Assembly (NCBI GenBank): GCA_001662655.1
Contig: KV460219.1
DNA from: Pseudogymnoascus verrucosus
Taxonomy: Eukaryota
Length of the DNA stretch: 64,000 bases
Reading direction: 5' to 3' (one strand)
This document shows positions 12,893 to 25,769 of the stretch, piece after piece (within the stretch, counting starts at the first letter, position 1; each line of letters starts with the position of its first letter). A program made the translations under genes and the position numbers. The notes beneath the pieces are model-generated. The model was not told the DNA's origin. It searched no databases and was given only the letters and a program-made list of their open reading frames with translations.

Positions 12893-12950
12893 CCCCTACG
12901 CTTTTCACATCCCCTACGCTTTTCACATCCCCTACGCATTTCACATCCCC
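12893..12950. repeat. Three tandem copies of an 18-bp unit (CCCCTACGCTTTTCACAT) overlapping the stop codon of the PhoD-like gene
   Basis: Read directly: cccctacgcttttcacat cccctacgcttttcacat cccctacgcatttcacat. Confidence 0.85.
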
Positions 12951-15900
12951 ACCCCCTCCCTCCCCATCCCAATCAACCTCTGCACAACACTCTTCTTCCT
13001 CTCCACCCCCTTCCCCACCCCCCCATCAAAGAAAAGCGCCGGAACCAACAACCGATACGGCGCCGTAATCCCCGCCGGATCCCGCTGATTAACCTCCACA
13101 TTCAACGTAATCTCCAGCCCCCCCTCAAGATCAATCGCATCCTCCTCCCTCGGCTCCCTCCCAGCCTTCGCCGCTTTCAAACTCAACCCCGTCGGCGTCC
13201 GATGGAACGCCCTCAGCGGCGGAACGCGCGGCGACCCGATCGCTTCCGCGGATTGCACGCGTTCGGATAGGGAGTTATTGCGGTGGCTTGGTGGCGGACG
13301 TTCGTGGGCCCGTGTGCGTGGTAGTGCCGCGGCGGTGGATAGAGGTGGAGATTCGTCGAAGCTGAAGCCGTCTGAGCTGCTCTGGTTGCGCACAGGTTGT
13401 TTACCCTTGTGTTTAGCGCTGAAGTAGTCGTCATCACCCGCACCGCCCCTGATGCGCGGGATTCGTACGTCTTCGCTGCTATACGGCGGCTCGGAGTCGG
13501 TCTCGGAGCCGTAGCCGTTGATGCCGCCACTGTTGCTGGTGCGCTTGCCTTGTCGGCCTGAGAGACGTCGGAAGAGCGCTGCGGGGCGGAAGTCTCGAGT
13601 GAGACTTCGCGTACGCTGGGGTGTCTCGGGTCTTCCCCCGGGGTAAGGCTCCGTCGGGCGTCCTCGGCTGGAAGATAGACGGCGTAGGAGACCGCTGCCG
13701 CCACGTGCAAGAGGCGGGCGGGACGGTTCATTCCGCATCGGTGCATCTGCGCGATATGTTGGGCGGCGCGTCATGGAGAGGCGGCGGAGAAGACCAGGGC
13801 GTTCGGGACTAGGGCTGCGCTCGTCGGATGGTGTTGAGGGGGGTGAGAGCTCCGGGTTGTATGGGCGGATAGAGCACCAGTTGCGGCGGGGGAGGAGGCA
13901 GTTGTTGTTGCGCTTCTTGCCGTCCACGTCGTGGGTGAAGATGGGGATCATGCTCTCGTCGGTCTCGTCGTCGAAGTGGTGGACTTTGTTGCGCTTGTTG
14001 AGGATGTCGGCCATCATGTCTGGTGGAGGGGTGTTTACGATGGCGGAGGATACGACGTTGGGCATGTACCTGTGGTCTTTGTCTTTGGGGATTCCTAGCT
14101 TGGGGTTGCTGTAGAACTGCCCGATGGCTGCGAGATGCACGTCACCGCCGAGAATGGTAATGCGAACTGACTTATCAGCTGCTAGGTCTTGAAGGTCTTC
14201 GATGAGGTATTGTCGCTCCTTTTTGTGGCTTTTAGCAGTCCAATGGTCATCAAGATCGTCGAGAATCTCAACACCACCATCAAATTGATTGAGAAAGCTG
14301 CCGAATAGCCCTGCCCGACCAAGAGCCTTTACAGGATCCATGACTTTCGAAGTAAGACTATCAATCGTTAGTAAGCGCCGTATCGGCTTCAGGGTTGCTG
14401 ACTTACATATTCTCAAGCCACACGAGTCTGGGGTATGCAATCGGAACACCCATCAACACAATAAGATGCTTAGTTTCACCCAAAACAATCTCATCGTGAC
14501 ATCGGTCCATAATCATGTGGTAAGTTTCTTCCGACAACACATCTTCGCGACCGCGCTCAGTCCGGCAATCCATCCCAAGAAAGGAGATGCCCGCTCCCAT
14601 AGACATGAAAACACTGCGGCTGTGCTCTTTGATATATGGCCCAGGGCTTTCACCGATAAGCCAGCTAGGTTCCGTATCTTCCCCCTCGTCGATGCTACTC
14701 TGGTGTTGAAAGAGCATGTAGTACTTGAATGCAACGTTGCCCAACCCCGAGAATACTGGCGATTCCATGAAGTGGTGCGGATACGATCCAAAGCCATCAA
14801 TGATATCGTGGTCATCGAAGATATTCACCATAGGAATCTGAGAGTTGGCGAGGCCAAACAAGCCCTGAGAAAACCACGTAGAATACCTGTTGAGATAGAA
14901 TTCCTCCAGTTCATCCTGCATCTCTGGCGTAAATGACGCATTGTGCTTATGGATCGGGTTTTTGGTAGAAAGCCAATCCGCGAAAAGCTCCGTCTGATTC
15001 ATGACACAATCATTGTAAATCTGATCTCCGCCTCCAATCATGACATGGAATGGCTGCGTTTGGTGGGTATTCATCACATCGCGCCACATCGGGTCGGGTC
15101 CGCTGAACTCATCCGAGTTAACACTGAGACTGAAGCCGTTGCAGCTGTGGAACATCATGTTCATGGACTGTCCCAGAGCTGGAACCCAGAAACCGGTTGC
15201 CGGACCATTGTTGATCTTGTATGCAATGCGTTGTTGCTTGTCAGTAAGCTCAACTTCAATATTGAAACGCCAAAATGTAACACCACGTTCAGCATGTAGA
15301 CGGAATCCCTTCACAGTAGCCACTTTTCCTGCCATCTCGCCATCCACCTGGCCAGCAGAGCCATCTGCATGAGCTGACGGACTGCGTTGTCCCTCAAAGA
15401 TGCCTTCATCGGACTCATTTCTCGACAGATCAATAGCCTCTTCTAATTCCTCCACCGGGCGAACATACAACGTCTTCCCATCGCGCCCAACCTTCGTCTG
15501 CCCAGCAAGAGGGTCAACATACTCTGGCGCAACATCAGCGCCGCTCTTAAAGTGACGCGGCGGTGGCGGGAACAGAGATTTCGGCTGGGCAAATAGACGT
15601 AGAGTCGGCACCGCCTCATCGTACTTGGAACGTGCATCCTCTGTGACTATCATCACACTGCCTCTCCAAATTTCTTTGGCTGGAGCTGCCGCACGACTCC
15701 CGGGTCGCTGAGACGCCTTCTCCTTCTTCATACCAGCGTAGCGGAGTAGAGGTCCACACTTTAAGAATAGTCGTGGGCTAAATCCAGTGGGACCATCCTT
15801 GACCACCTTGTGAGTCTCTGCATTCTCAGTTGCTTTCGCAACACTACGTCTTCGTCTCCCAGTGTTCCCAGCTTCCCACCATGCCTTATCCTTATCCGCT

Positions 15901-17933
15901 TCTGTTTGCTTCGGTAGAGGCTCCTTCACATCAAGCAACGTCCTGGTCAGAGATGCCACGCCAGCAGTCTTCCACTCAAACAGCCGTTCTGGAGGGGCGT
16001 ATAGGCCATATCCTGGCGTAAACGGATCTCGCTTGTTTCGGCCTGCATGGACAATCTTCGAGAAGTAATGGTGCCCATCCGGCCCTGTCGCTGCCTGCTC
16101 CTGGCCATAGTTTCCAGCAGCAGCCGCCGCGGGAACAGCATACCTCGGTCCATTTACAGTCGCCATATCCGTTGCTCCACCGTCGAGCTCACGCTCACGG
16201 TTGGCATTTAACTCCGGACCCAACTCCTCTGAGCGATCAAGCCTGTCCGCAAAGAGTTGCTGTTGCTGTGGAGACATTGTTCTTCGGATGTCTGTCCCGA
16301 GTTTATTTCCCATCAGTTGCTCAATCTTCCGCGTCGAGTTTCCTCGTATTGGCACGGCGTCTGAAGTATCATCATCAGACAGTCCTTCCGTATCCAAATT
16401 ATTTCTATCTTGGCGTTTTGAACCACCACTAGCCAGAACAGCAGAACCCAGGGCAGCAGCGCCCAGGACAGCAGCACCACGGCCTCTATGTCCAGCATTG
16501 GTCTGGGCGGAGTCCAAGGGCACCGCCGAGAATCCTCGCTGCGTCTGGCCATCATGACCTTGAGAGTTGTTTACCGCTGCAGCCGCATTACCCGCTTTCA
16601 GCTCGTCTGCCATAACACCCCAATTAGATTTTGGCTCTTTCTTTTTCAGCTTGTTACTATTACTCCGCTGCAAAAACGCTCCCGCGCGCTCTCGGAAGCT
16701 CCGTCCTCGCTGAACCCCAGGTTGCACATCGGGTTGAGGAGGCGCCGCAGTCTCACTCTGAGGCTCAGGATGTGGCTGGAGTTGAGGCTTCGGCTGATAA
16801 CTAACATCTTTTCCGATGGGAGCAGGAGGTCGCACAGGCACCGGTTTCATGCTTTCTTGCAGACTCGGAATCTGGCGGTCATCCTGTCCAACGATACCCA
16901 ATCCCCTTGTATCTCTCTCTCTCTCTCTTGGTATCTCTCTTTCCTCTGGCAAAGCCCGCGGCTCGCTTCTCGCATCTGCGGGTGCTCTGGCCCCGAAATG
17001 GACGGTGTTTTGGCCAGTGCGGCCTGTTTTTGCCTCTCTTGCGCGCCGTTCGGCTTCTTCCATGCGTGCACGCTTCTCTTCCTTGGTGATGAGAGTCCGT
17101 TCCAACTTCTGCAGCGGCGACCTCTCTGACGTGTACTGCTGCTGTGCCCCTGCCTCGGTAGCGCTTGATCGCCTTCGGTTTTGCGAATTAGCAACCGCGC
17201 TCCGGATTTCCGGCCTCTCCTTTCGCGCTTGTACGCTCCCTCGTCTTATATTTGATCTCTCGGCGTTGTCGTCGCGACTCGCGGGATTCCCAGAAGTATT
17301 TGCTCGACCGAGTTCCGTATCGACATTCAGTGGCCTACGCCCAGCCCCGCGATCTTTGTTCAATTGGGAAGCTTCGCGGTAATAATCTTCGGGGTTCTGT
17401 CTAGCGCGTTCGACGGGTTCGGATGGCCTCCGAGACCTGATGCCCTCCGACTCCAAGTATCGGTCGCCATTGGACTGCGGAGGCCTATAGCTCGATGGGG
17501 GACCCTGCCGAGGAACTTCTGGGGCTGCTGGTGGAGGGCCAGTGCTTTCTTCGAATAGCTGTTGGGCCTTTTCTCGACTGGCGCGTTTGCGCCGTCTCTC
17601 CAACGATTCCTTGTTGTAGGGGTCTCCGCCGTATTGGTATGAGGGAGGTCGAGGCGCAAGACCTTCGGCGCGGAATGTCGACTCGACTGGCGATGCGAAT
17701 GGGCTCAGCGTCGATTCCGTAGGCGCCTGGCTCTGGATCGAATAGCGGTCGGGCCTGGGCTGGGGCTGAGGCTGGGGGGCTCGAGGATATGGTTCAGTAG
17801 GGAGGGCTTTCTGCAGATTCGGGCCCGTAGATCCATTGCCTAGAGAGCCCTTTCGAAGAGAGCCCTGTCGTTGAGCGACAACTTCGGGCGGTGGGTTGAT
17901 AGCTCCCCAGTACGGCGCTGGCTTGCCGGCCAT
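12941..17933 (-). CDS. PhoD-like metallophosphatase domain protein with long disordered N- and C-termini, 2 exons (intron 14406-14358)
   Basis: A GTAAGT..TAG intron joins the 1176-aa and 502-aa ORFs in frame (WLENI|LTSKVMDP). Motifs FHSCNGFS, GGGDQIYND, FDDHDIIDGFGSY, DDLDDHW, GGDVHL. Confidence 0.85.
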
Positions 17934-19478
17934 GTCGATCGAAGCTATCTCCGACAGCTACAACGGGCAACAACAAGTGAAATTGACGCGATGTGGATAT
18001 GCTGATGCGAATGGAGATGGAAGTGTAAACTCGCGGTTGAAGATGCAGGGTGTAGCAGATCACAATGGGGTATTTCCAAGCAAGAGCAACTGTCACCGAC
18101 ACAATTTGACGAACGTTCGTCTCATAGGGCAGCAGTCGAGGCCATTGGAGCTGAAGTTGGGTTGGGGGTTCCAGGGTGTACCTTAGCTCACCGTCGCAAA
18201 CGAAACGCAGGGACCCTCTCACGGCACAACTTTGAGGGAGTGCCGCGCGCCTTTAGGGATGGATATAGCAGAGAGCAAGCGTTAATAAGAAGCAGGAAGC
18301 AAAAGATGAAGCCTGAACTGTATGTATCAATCACAGACAAATGTTTACATTCTATTAACAGCAAGTAGAGGAAGGGCCAAGGAAGTCCACGGTAACTAAC
18401 CTACATGGTACTCTATCATGAGTTGGCAGTTGGCATGCATATATTCCCAAAGTAGCGCAAGGCTGGGTATAACAAGGGTATAACAAGAGTATAATTATGT
18501 ATAATAGTGTATAATAGTGTATAATAGCATAATTATATAACAAAGAGTCAGCGTCTAAGATGCGTATAACAAGACACGACATAGAACAAAACAGCACAGC
18601 ACAGCACAACATAGATAGGCACAGCATTGTACAGCCAGCCAGCCAGCCAGCCAGCCATGGTCTAAGTGTACACATAGTATCCACAGTAAACATAAAATCC
18701 ACAGGTTATCCCAGGCTGCTGACTAAGCAGGGCGTTCAGCCTTCCAGAATAATACCCAGTAACTTGATCAGGAATGGCGCCGGTACTAGCCGTAACCTCA
18801 AGGGGAAAGTACGGGGTATATCTTATCCTATCTTATCCTATCTTATCCCTAGTAAGTAAGCCTAATAAAGACGGCGCATCAGTTATTCCGTTCCAGATGA
18901 CCTAATTGACCTAATAGGTAAGGCGTCAATCTGCCGTCCGAGACACTCTTGGCTTCAGTGGCTACATGGGCTACGTACCACTTACTCCGTACACTACGAA
19001 GTACCACACCAGACGGCACTTTTGTATGAGCTACGTACTGCAACTCCACCACTACCACTGTAACTACGGCTGACTTTCCCCAAGGAGACAGATCGCTCTG
19101 ATCAATAAAAGGCAACGACAACTGCAACTTCAACTGCTTCTGCATATCTCACGCTCTTCAATTATCTTCTATACCCTCTCTCATCAGATGTTTCTGTAAG
19201 AGGGCTTCGCTTTTATTATTCTTATACATGTATTTCCAGCGTGGCGACTAGGTTGCCTCTTTTATCCTTACAACTGTAATTTGGAATCCGCCCCCAGAAA
19301 CGATTAATCCGCCCATTCACACGACCCCCCTTACGAACACTCGACTTGCCTCGAAGACACGACTCCCGACGTCAATGGGACACCCGACACGCTCTTTATA
19401 CACATACACAATTGACCTGGGGAGGCGCCGACCGCTCCCACGCCCCCCACTCGACTCTTCCGCCCCGACAGACTCGCC

Positions 19479-22072
19479 ATGAGAGGCATATCCCTTGTGG
19501 GGCTCTTTGCGCTCACATGCTTCACCAGCGCCGCGAACCTCCTGCCACGAAATTACGAAGCCAGCGATTACTATGTCCTCCACCTCGACTCTGAGGCTGC
19601 GCCCGCAGAAATAGCAAAGCGCCTTGGCCTATCCCACGAGGGCCAGCTGGGCGAGCTCGAGGACCACCACATCTTCTCTGCAGCGAGACACGAGGACGAT
19701 CGGGTGCAAGATGCGATCACGGCGAGGAGGAAGCTGCGGAAACGAGGCGCGAGTCAGTCCGATGTGTTGGATAGCGTGAAGCTTGCGCAGAAGCAGAAGC
19801 TAAAGCCACGGATGGAGAAGAGGGGGATAATTCCTGTGACCAAGGACAGGCCATCAGGCGCATTCCCAGAGCGAGGAATTGAGGTCGAGGACCCGGTCGG
19901 TGTGGCCAGGCAAGCCGAAGTAAAAAAGATCCTCGGAATTCACGATCCGATATTCAACGATCAATGGCATTTATACAACAACAAACAGCTGGGACACGAT
20001 GTGAACGTCACGGATGTTTGGATTCAAGGAATCACTGGCCACAATGCTACGGTGGCTATCGTCGACGATGGGCTAGATATGTACAGTGAGGATCTGATGC
20101 AGAACTACTTTGCTGAAGGCTCCTACGACTTCAACGACCCCGGTCCAGAGCCAAAGCCGAAGTTGAGCGACGACAGACATGGCACGCGTTGCGCTGGGGA
20201 GGTTGGAGCTGCCAAGAACAACGTCTGTGGTGTTGGAGTAGCCTATAACTCCAGGATTGCCGGGATCAGGATTCTTTCGAAGCTCATCACCGATGCGGAC
20301 GAGGCCATCGCCTTGAATTACGCGTACCAACAGAACCAAATTTACTCCTGCTCGTGGGGCCCTCCAGATGACGGAAAATCAATGGATGCGCCAGGTATTT
20401 TGATCAAGAGGGCCATGCTTAATGCTGTACAAAGGGGCCGAGGAGGGCTGGGTTCTGTCTACGTCTTCGCGTCTGGAAACGGCGCTGCGTCGGAAGACAA
20501 CTGCAACTTCGACGGCTACACGAACAGTATCTACAGCATCACTGTTGGCGCAGTTGACCGTAGAGGCGATCATCCCTACTATTCCGAAAAGTGCTCAGCG
20601 CAACTCGTCGTTACGTACAGCAGCGGTGGTGGCGACCAGATTGTCACCACCGACGTTGGCGCAAACAACTGCGCCACAACTCACGGAGGAACCTCTGCAG
20701 CTGCACCTTTAGCTGCCGGCATCTTCGCACTGGTATTGTCCGTCCGACCTGATCTGACATGGAGAGACATGCAGTCTCTCGCAATGCAGACTGCCGTCAC
20801 TATTGATAGCGCAGACGACTGGCAAACCACGACCATCGGCAAGAAGTTCAGCCACACCTTCGGATATGGCAAGATTGACTCCTGGGCCATTGTCGAAGCC
20901 GCAAAGACCTTCAAGTCACTCAAGCCCCAGGCGTGGCTCTACTCCCCTTGGATCAAGGTCAATAAACCAATCCCGCAAGGAGACCAAGGCCTCGCAGTTA
21001 CGTACGAGGTGACAGCCGACATGCTCAAAGACGCCAACCTTGAGCGACTCGAACATGTGACCGTGACGATGAATGTCGAGCACGGCAGACGCGGAGATCT
21101 CAGCCTCGATCTAATCAGCCCCGACAACCTAGTCAGCCACCTCAGCGCAACCCGCAAGAACGACGATTCCCCCAACGGCTACGCAGACTGGACCTTCATG
21201 AGCGTCGTGCACTGGTAAGCACCTACCCCCCATCCCCCCTACTCCACCACCACTAACACACACACCCCAGGGGCGAATCCGGCATCGGCACCTGGAAACT
21301 CATCCTCCGCGACACAACCGTCAACGAGCACTCTGGCAACTTCACAGACTTCCACATCAAGCTCTGGGGCGAATCCATCGACGCCTCCAAAGCCACCCTC
21401 CTCCCCCTCCCCAACGCCAACGACGACGACAACCACGACGCCGACAAGCCCTCCTCCACCATCTCCGCCACCGTCTCCACCACCTCCCTAAACCCCGTCC
21501 CAACATCCACCACAACCCCCCTAACAACAGACCAACCCAACCGACCCGTCCCCCCGAAACCCACATCCACCCTCACCTCCTCCCCCACCCCCACCGCACC
21601 CAGCGACGACCTCGCCGCCTCCTCCACCGCCGCCCCGTCCTCGTGGCTTCCCGGCTGGCTACCGCGTTTCGGCTTCGGCCCAAAGACAACGATCTGGATG
21701 TACGCCGCCACTGTCCTCATCGTAGGTTTCTGCATCGGGTTAGCTATCTACTTCTACCTCGCGCGCCGCAAGAGGCTGCGCAATAGCGCGAGGGATAACT
21801 ATGAATTCGACCTCATCCGCGATGATGAGGAGACGGAGGGGTTGACGGGGGGGAGGCCGAAGAGGAGGGCCGGGGAGCTGTATGATGCGTTTGCTGCCGG
21901 GAGTGATGAGGAGGGATTGAGTGATGTGGAGGAGGAGGGGGAGGAGTATCGGGATGTTGCGAGGAGGGGGGGGATGGAGGCGGAACATCATGTTATTGGC
22001 GGGGATAGTGAGAGTGAGAGTGAGGATGGGGATGATGGGAGGGGGGAGAAGGATGCGTTGAGGGGGGAGTAG
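19479..22072 (+). CDS. KEX2: Kexin, subtilisin-like proprotein convertase, 2 exons (intron 21215-21270)
   Basis: Signal peptide; catalytic VDDG, HGTRCAGE, GNG and GTSAAAP; P-domain with RRGD; splice gives VHW|GESGIGTWK; Ser/Thr stalk, TM helix and acidic tail with YEFDLI. Confidence 0.96.
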
Positions 22073-22649
22073 ATGGTTTTTGTTGGATTATTGGTGTTGG
22101 AGGTGGTGTGTTGTATATATGGAATTGGGGAATGAATTATTTTCAAGGATTTGGTGTTTATGAGGGGCGTTTCGCAGTAGAATTCTTCGGGGATGCTTAC
22201 GACCTACGTAATTCGCAGGGTTCTCAATAGTGCTGGAGCGCAGCTCAGTGGCTGTGCATGAGATTCTGGTATGTCGCGTGGAAAGTCGACTTTGCACATA
22301 TGCAGTGACCAGAGAAGGATGCGATGATATACCCGTCCAAAGCCTACCAACCCGGCGATGGACGTCTAGCATGGCCTCCGCTGCTTCTAGAACTCTGACA
22401 TCTAGTCCCTTAGCGCTAGTCACTGTGATCTTCCCCGCCATCAACCAGCTTGGTACTAGAATGCTGCGTCTAACAGTCACCAAGTTGACATAGTAGCTTG
22501 CCTAGAGACTCATCTTTAGTAGGTAAGAAGAGTCTGACGTTTTAAAACTATGTCTTCAAATATCTAAATTTTTAGTAAATATTAAGGTTTAAAATCAGCA
22601 TTATTATTTTAGTTCTTTTTGAGAAATAAAATATTCTTCATTAAAAATG

Positions 22650-22950
22650 GTAAAAATAAACCTGCACGATGAAATCATTTTACCAATCCCATTATATAAG
22701 GAAGGAACGGCTAGTCAAATAGAGAAAGAACGACTGACTATAGAGGAAAAGAACGGCTAGCTAAGAATGGAAGGAACGATCCATTCTATGGGGAAAGAAC
22801 GACTTACTCCAGAGGGAAGGAATGACCGGCTTCAGAAGGAAGGAACGATTCCAACTACCGAGGGAAAGGGCGATCGTGAAGCTGTATTTTTTATTTTTCG
22901 TTCCTTCTTTATATGGATAAAGGTGTGGATTTATTTTACATAGTCCATAT
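22650..22950. repeat. Degenerate MITE-like element containing a 23-bp-period array of GAARGAACGR cores
   Basis: Cores at 22701, 22724, 22747, 22770, 22793, 22816, 22839 (exact 23-bp spacing) and 22864; an inverted core CGTTCCTTC at ~22899; flanks are loosely inverted. Confidence 0.6.
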
Positions 22951-23308
22951 CATATATCTTTGTTAGTAGCAAATTGTTTACTGATGAACTTTCCCTCCAA
23001 GAGCATTGACAACCCAACAGCTGTTTCCATGTAGCCCCTGATGGAGTTCCTACTCCTTAAACAATTCCGTTTCAATGCGATTGGATCCTTCAACGCAGTT
23101 TCTTCCAATCTTATGTCACCTCACAGTTTTATGGTACCCACAGTATCAATAAAAATGTATGAATTGATAGAGCTAAATAAAGAAGCTAATATGGCAAGTC
23201 TAAAGGAAACTCAAGATAAGAAAACTCGTTATATATAATAAACAGATCCCTAAGTTTTATCAAGAGACTGCTGGGGTAAATGATCGTTTTTGTCCAAGCA
23301 CCAATCTC

Positions 23309-23947
23309 TTACTCCTCTCCAAAGTAAGCATCGATATCCTCAACCACATCACCCTCCACATCCACAGGAAGGACATCAGGGATCACCTGGCCCTCAATAT
23401 CCTCATCCAATTCGATATCAAAGATGTTATCCTCCCTCTTAGAGAAAGCAACATCACCAATCTCATCACGCTTACCGAACTGGCGCACAAAGGCAACATA
23501 AATATCCGCAATGCGGCGGCACTCAACACCCTTCCAAGACGAGAGGCCCGAGAAGCCAGAGCAGTATCTGTAGAGGTCGTTCTTGAAGTTATCATCAACC
23601 CTATCCTTCATCGCCTTAGTAAAGCGGCTCTGCGCCTTGGTATTGCGGTAGCCGAAGTCGTGGCGGTGGCAGCTGGGGATGAAGTTGTATCCGTCGGGCT
23701 TGTCGGGCGACCAGGAGCAGCCGTCGCTCGACCAGTCGCAGTCGGGGTTCTTGGCATTGCGCGAAGCCTCGAAGGAGCCGATGGAGACGCTGAAGATGAG
23801 ACTGTCGGTGGCGGCGTTGGTGCAGGTTGCGCGGGATTCGAGAGCGGCGCGGGCGAGCATTGATGGGGACTGGGAGGCGGGGAGGGCGGTGACTGAGGTA
23901 GAGGCGGCCAGGATGGTAGCCACAGTGGTGAGAACGGAATACTTCAT
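23309..23947 (-). CDS. Secreted phospholipase A2, bacterial/fungal (group XIV) type
   Basis: Signal peptide, DWSSDGCS and CHRHDFGYRN catalytic His-Asp motif; acidic C-terminal extension after KR sites. Confidence 0.93.
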   Translation of the reverse strand: MKYSVLTTVATILAASTSVTALPASQSPSMLARAALESRATCTNAATDSLIFSVSIGSFEASRNAKNPDCDWSSDGCSWSPDKPDGYNFIPSCHRHDFGYRNTKAQSRFTKAMKDRVDDNFKNDLYRYCSGFSGLSSWKGVECRRIADIYVAFVRQFGKRDEIGDVAFSKREDNIFDIELDEDIEGQVIPDVLPVDVEGDVVEDIDAYFGEE

Positions 23948-25769
23948 TTTTGAAATGAGATTGAACCTCCGAGCAGATAAAGAGTGACGTTGGTATGGGA
24001 TGCAGGCTGGTGTGAGAAGAAGATTATTGTGAGTCGATGCTGAATTAAATCGGTTGAAGTCGAGGTTATGAGGTTCTTATATAGACATCTAGGTTACACC
24101 CCATCTGAGATTTCTCAAACCAAAGTCAGCCTCGTACCTGAACGAAGACGCCTTCCTATTACATCCGCATCATCCATGAGGGGCCACTGACAGACAGCTT
24201 TCGGACCAGTATCATCTTAGGCAAAGCTCATCGCCTTCAACTGGGCAGGGCTAAGCACTGGTTGCCGCATATTAAGCTACATCAAATAGGCAACTCGCAG
24301 TATGCGAGACTCCCAGCCATTAAACTTTCAAGCATGAATACAGGAACGAATCATCAGAGGGTATCATGACATCGTGCAATAGCTACGAAGGCCAAACTCT
24401 GTGATCAACACGGACAGCCTCGCCATGAGGGGTTAGTGGGGCGTGTCTGCCACTTTCCAAGACTATAACTAAGCCGACTAGCCAGATTTAAGGTCTTGTG
24501 TCGCCGATCCTGGCGGCCGTTGCCCTTGATCGCAAATAACACCGAACACAAAGCCACCATGACTTTATGACAGGCGCAACAATGCGCCGAGCGTTTCGGG
24601 CATTTTACTGTCATGAAGGCCAAAGGTTATCCCGCCAAGCGTAAGACCTTATTGTTAGTGCACCCGATCGCTCGCTATGCATAGCTAGCCCCATTGTTTT
24701 GACATCTTACCTTCCTATCCGGATACAGCATTGCGGCGTGGAGGCTATGCGGCGTCTAACTGGCAATCATGGGGAAGGTTATGTTGCCGATCGGAGGCAC
24801 TGCGCATTGCCAAGACCTGTTCTGCCCCGTCACATGGGCAGGCGGCATGAAACTGAGAAAGCGAGGACAGGGTCGCGATCGCAAGTGAACATCGTTGCCG
24901 AAGGTCAGTGCAGCAGCTTCAGCTCTTCTAGAATGTTTCGGTTGGTTGAAGTCATATGTGGGGTTTACGAATGTTGGTCCACCAACGGATGTGGCGGTGA
25001 TCTTAACTCTATCGCGTGCATTTACGATATGGCCAATTCGGGTTGGATATACGAAAACGTGTGCTTTGACACGCGCTTTCCATGAGAAATATCGAGAATA
25101 ATACTGTCAAAAATAAAGAGGTTTTCCCTTTTATCCGCAACATGCCGAGGGCGGTGCAGACCTCGTACCCCGTACCTCCTACTTGAGCGGGGAAGATACT
25201 GCAATACAAAAATGGAGATGATAGACAGTCTCGTAAATCACTGCCGCTGTCATTACCATGGAGCTTTGCCAAGTCTAGGTCAGCCTATTTGCGCCTCCCG
25301 CACCCTGGCTAGGAACATTAAGAATAAGCATATTCAAGGCATGACTTTACTAGCTCGGGCTTTTTTGTGCTTGGTCAAGGCTGATTCTTCTCCTTTTATT
25401 AATCTCGTTCTCATTCATGTCACATTTTCGCTCAATGCGGTGATTCAAGTTGAATCTATTTCCAATCTTGGGCTTCAGGTATGAAAATCATCGGCCATCA
25501 GGTTGGTTAACGGCATGGTTCAAACTGAACATCTTTTCAATTTCGGGCTTCATCTATAAAAATAGTTAGATGCCAAGTTTGTATGTAAGTTGGCATGGGA
25601 TCCAAGCTAGATGCTTCGTCCACGATGAAATCAAAATGTCTATAAACGACTGGCAAATTCTCTCAATTTTTTTTCTATCCATCATCCACAGCACCCTCGA
25701 CATTCTCACATCCAAAGTATCAAACACAAAAAAGCCACTCCAGCAATCCTCTTCCAGCAATATTTCAAA

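Noticed and set aside
22088..22493. 131-aa and 87-aa overlapping ORFs after KEX2
   Set aside because: Non-ATG starts and no recognisable protein features.
22701..22873. CRISPR-like repeat/spacer appearance
   Set aside because: Cores are ~10 bp and degenerate, spacers ~13 bp, no cas genes, eukaryotic context.
24405..25484. Cluster of 60-128-aa ORFs
   Set aside because: No signal peptide, domain motif or convincing splice pattern.
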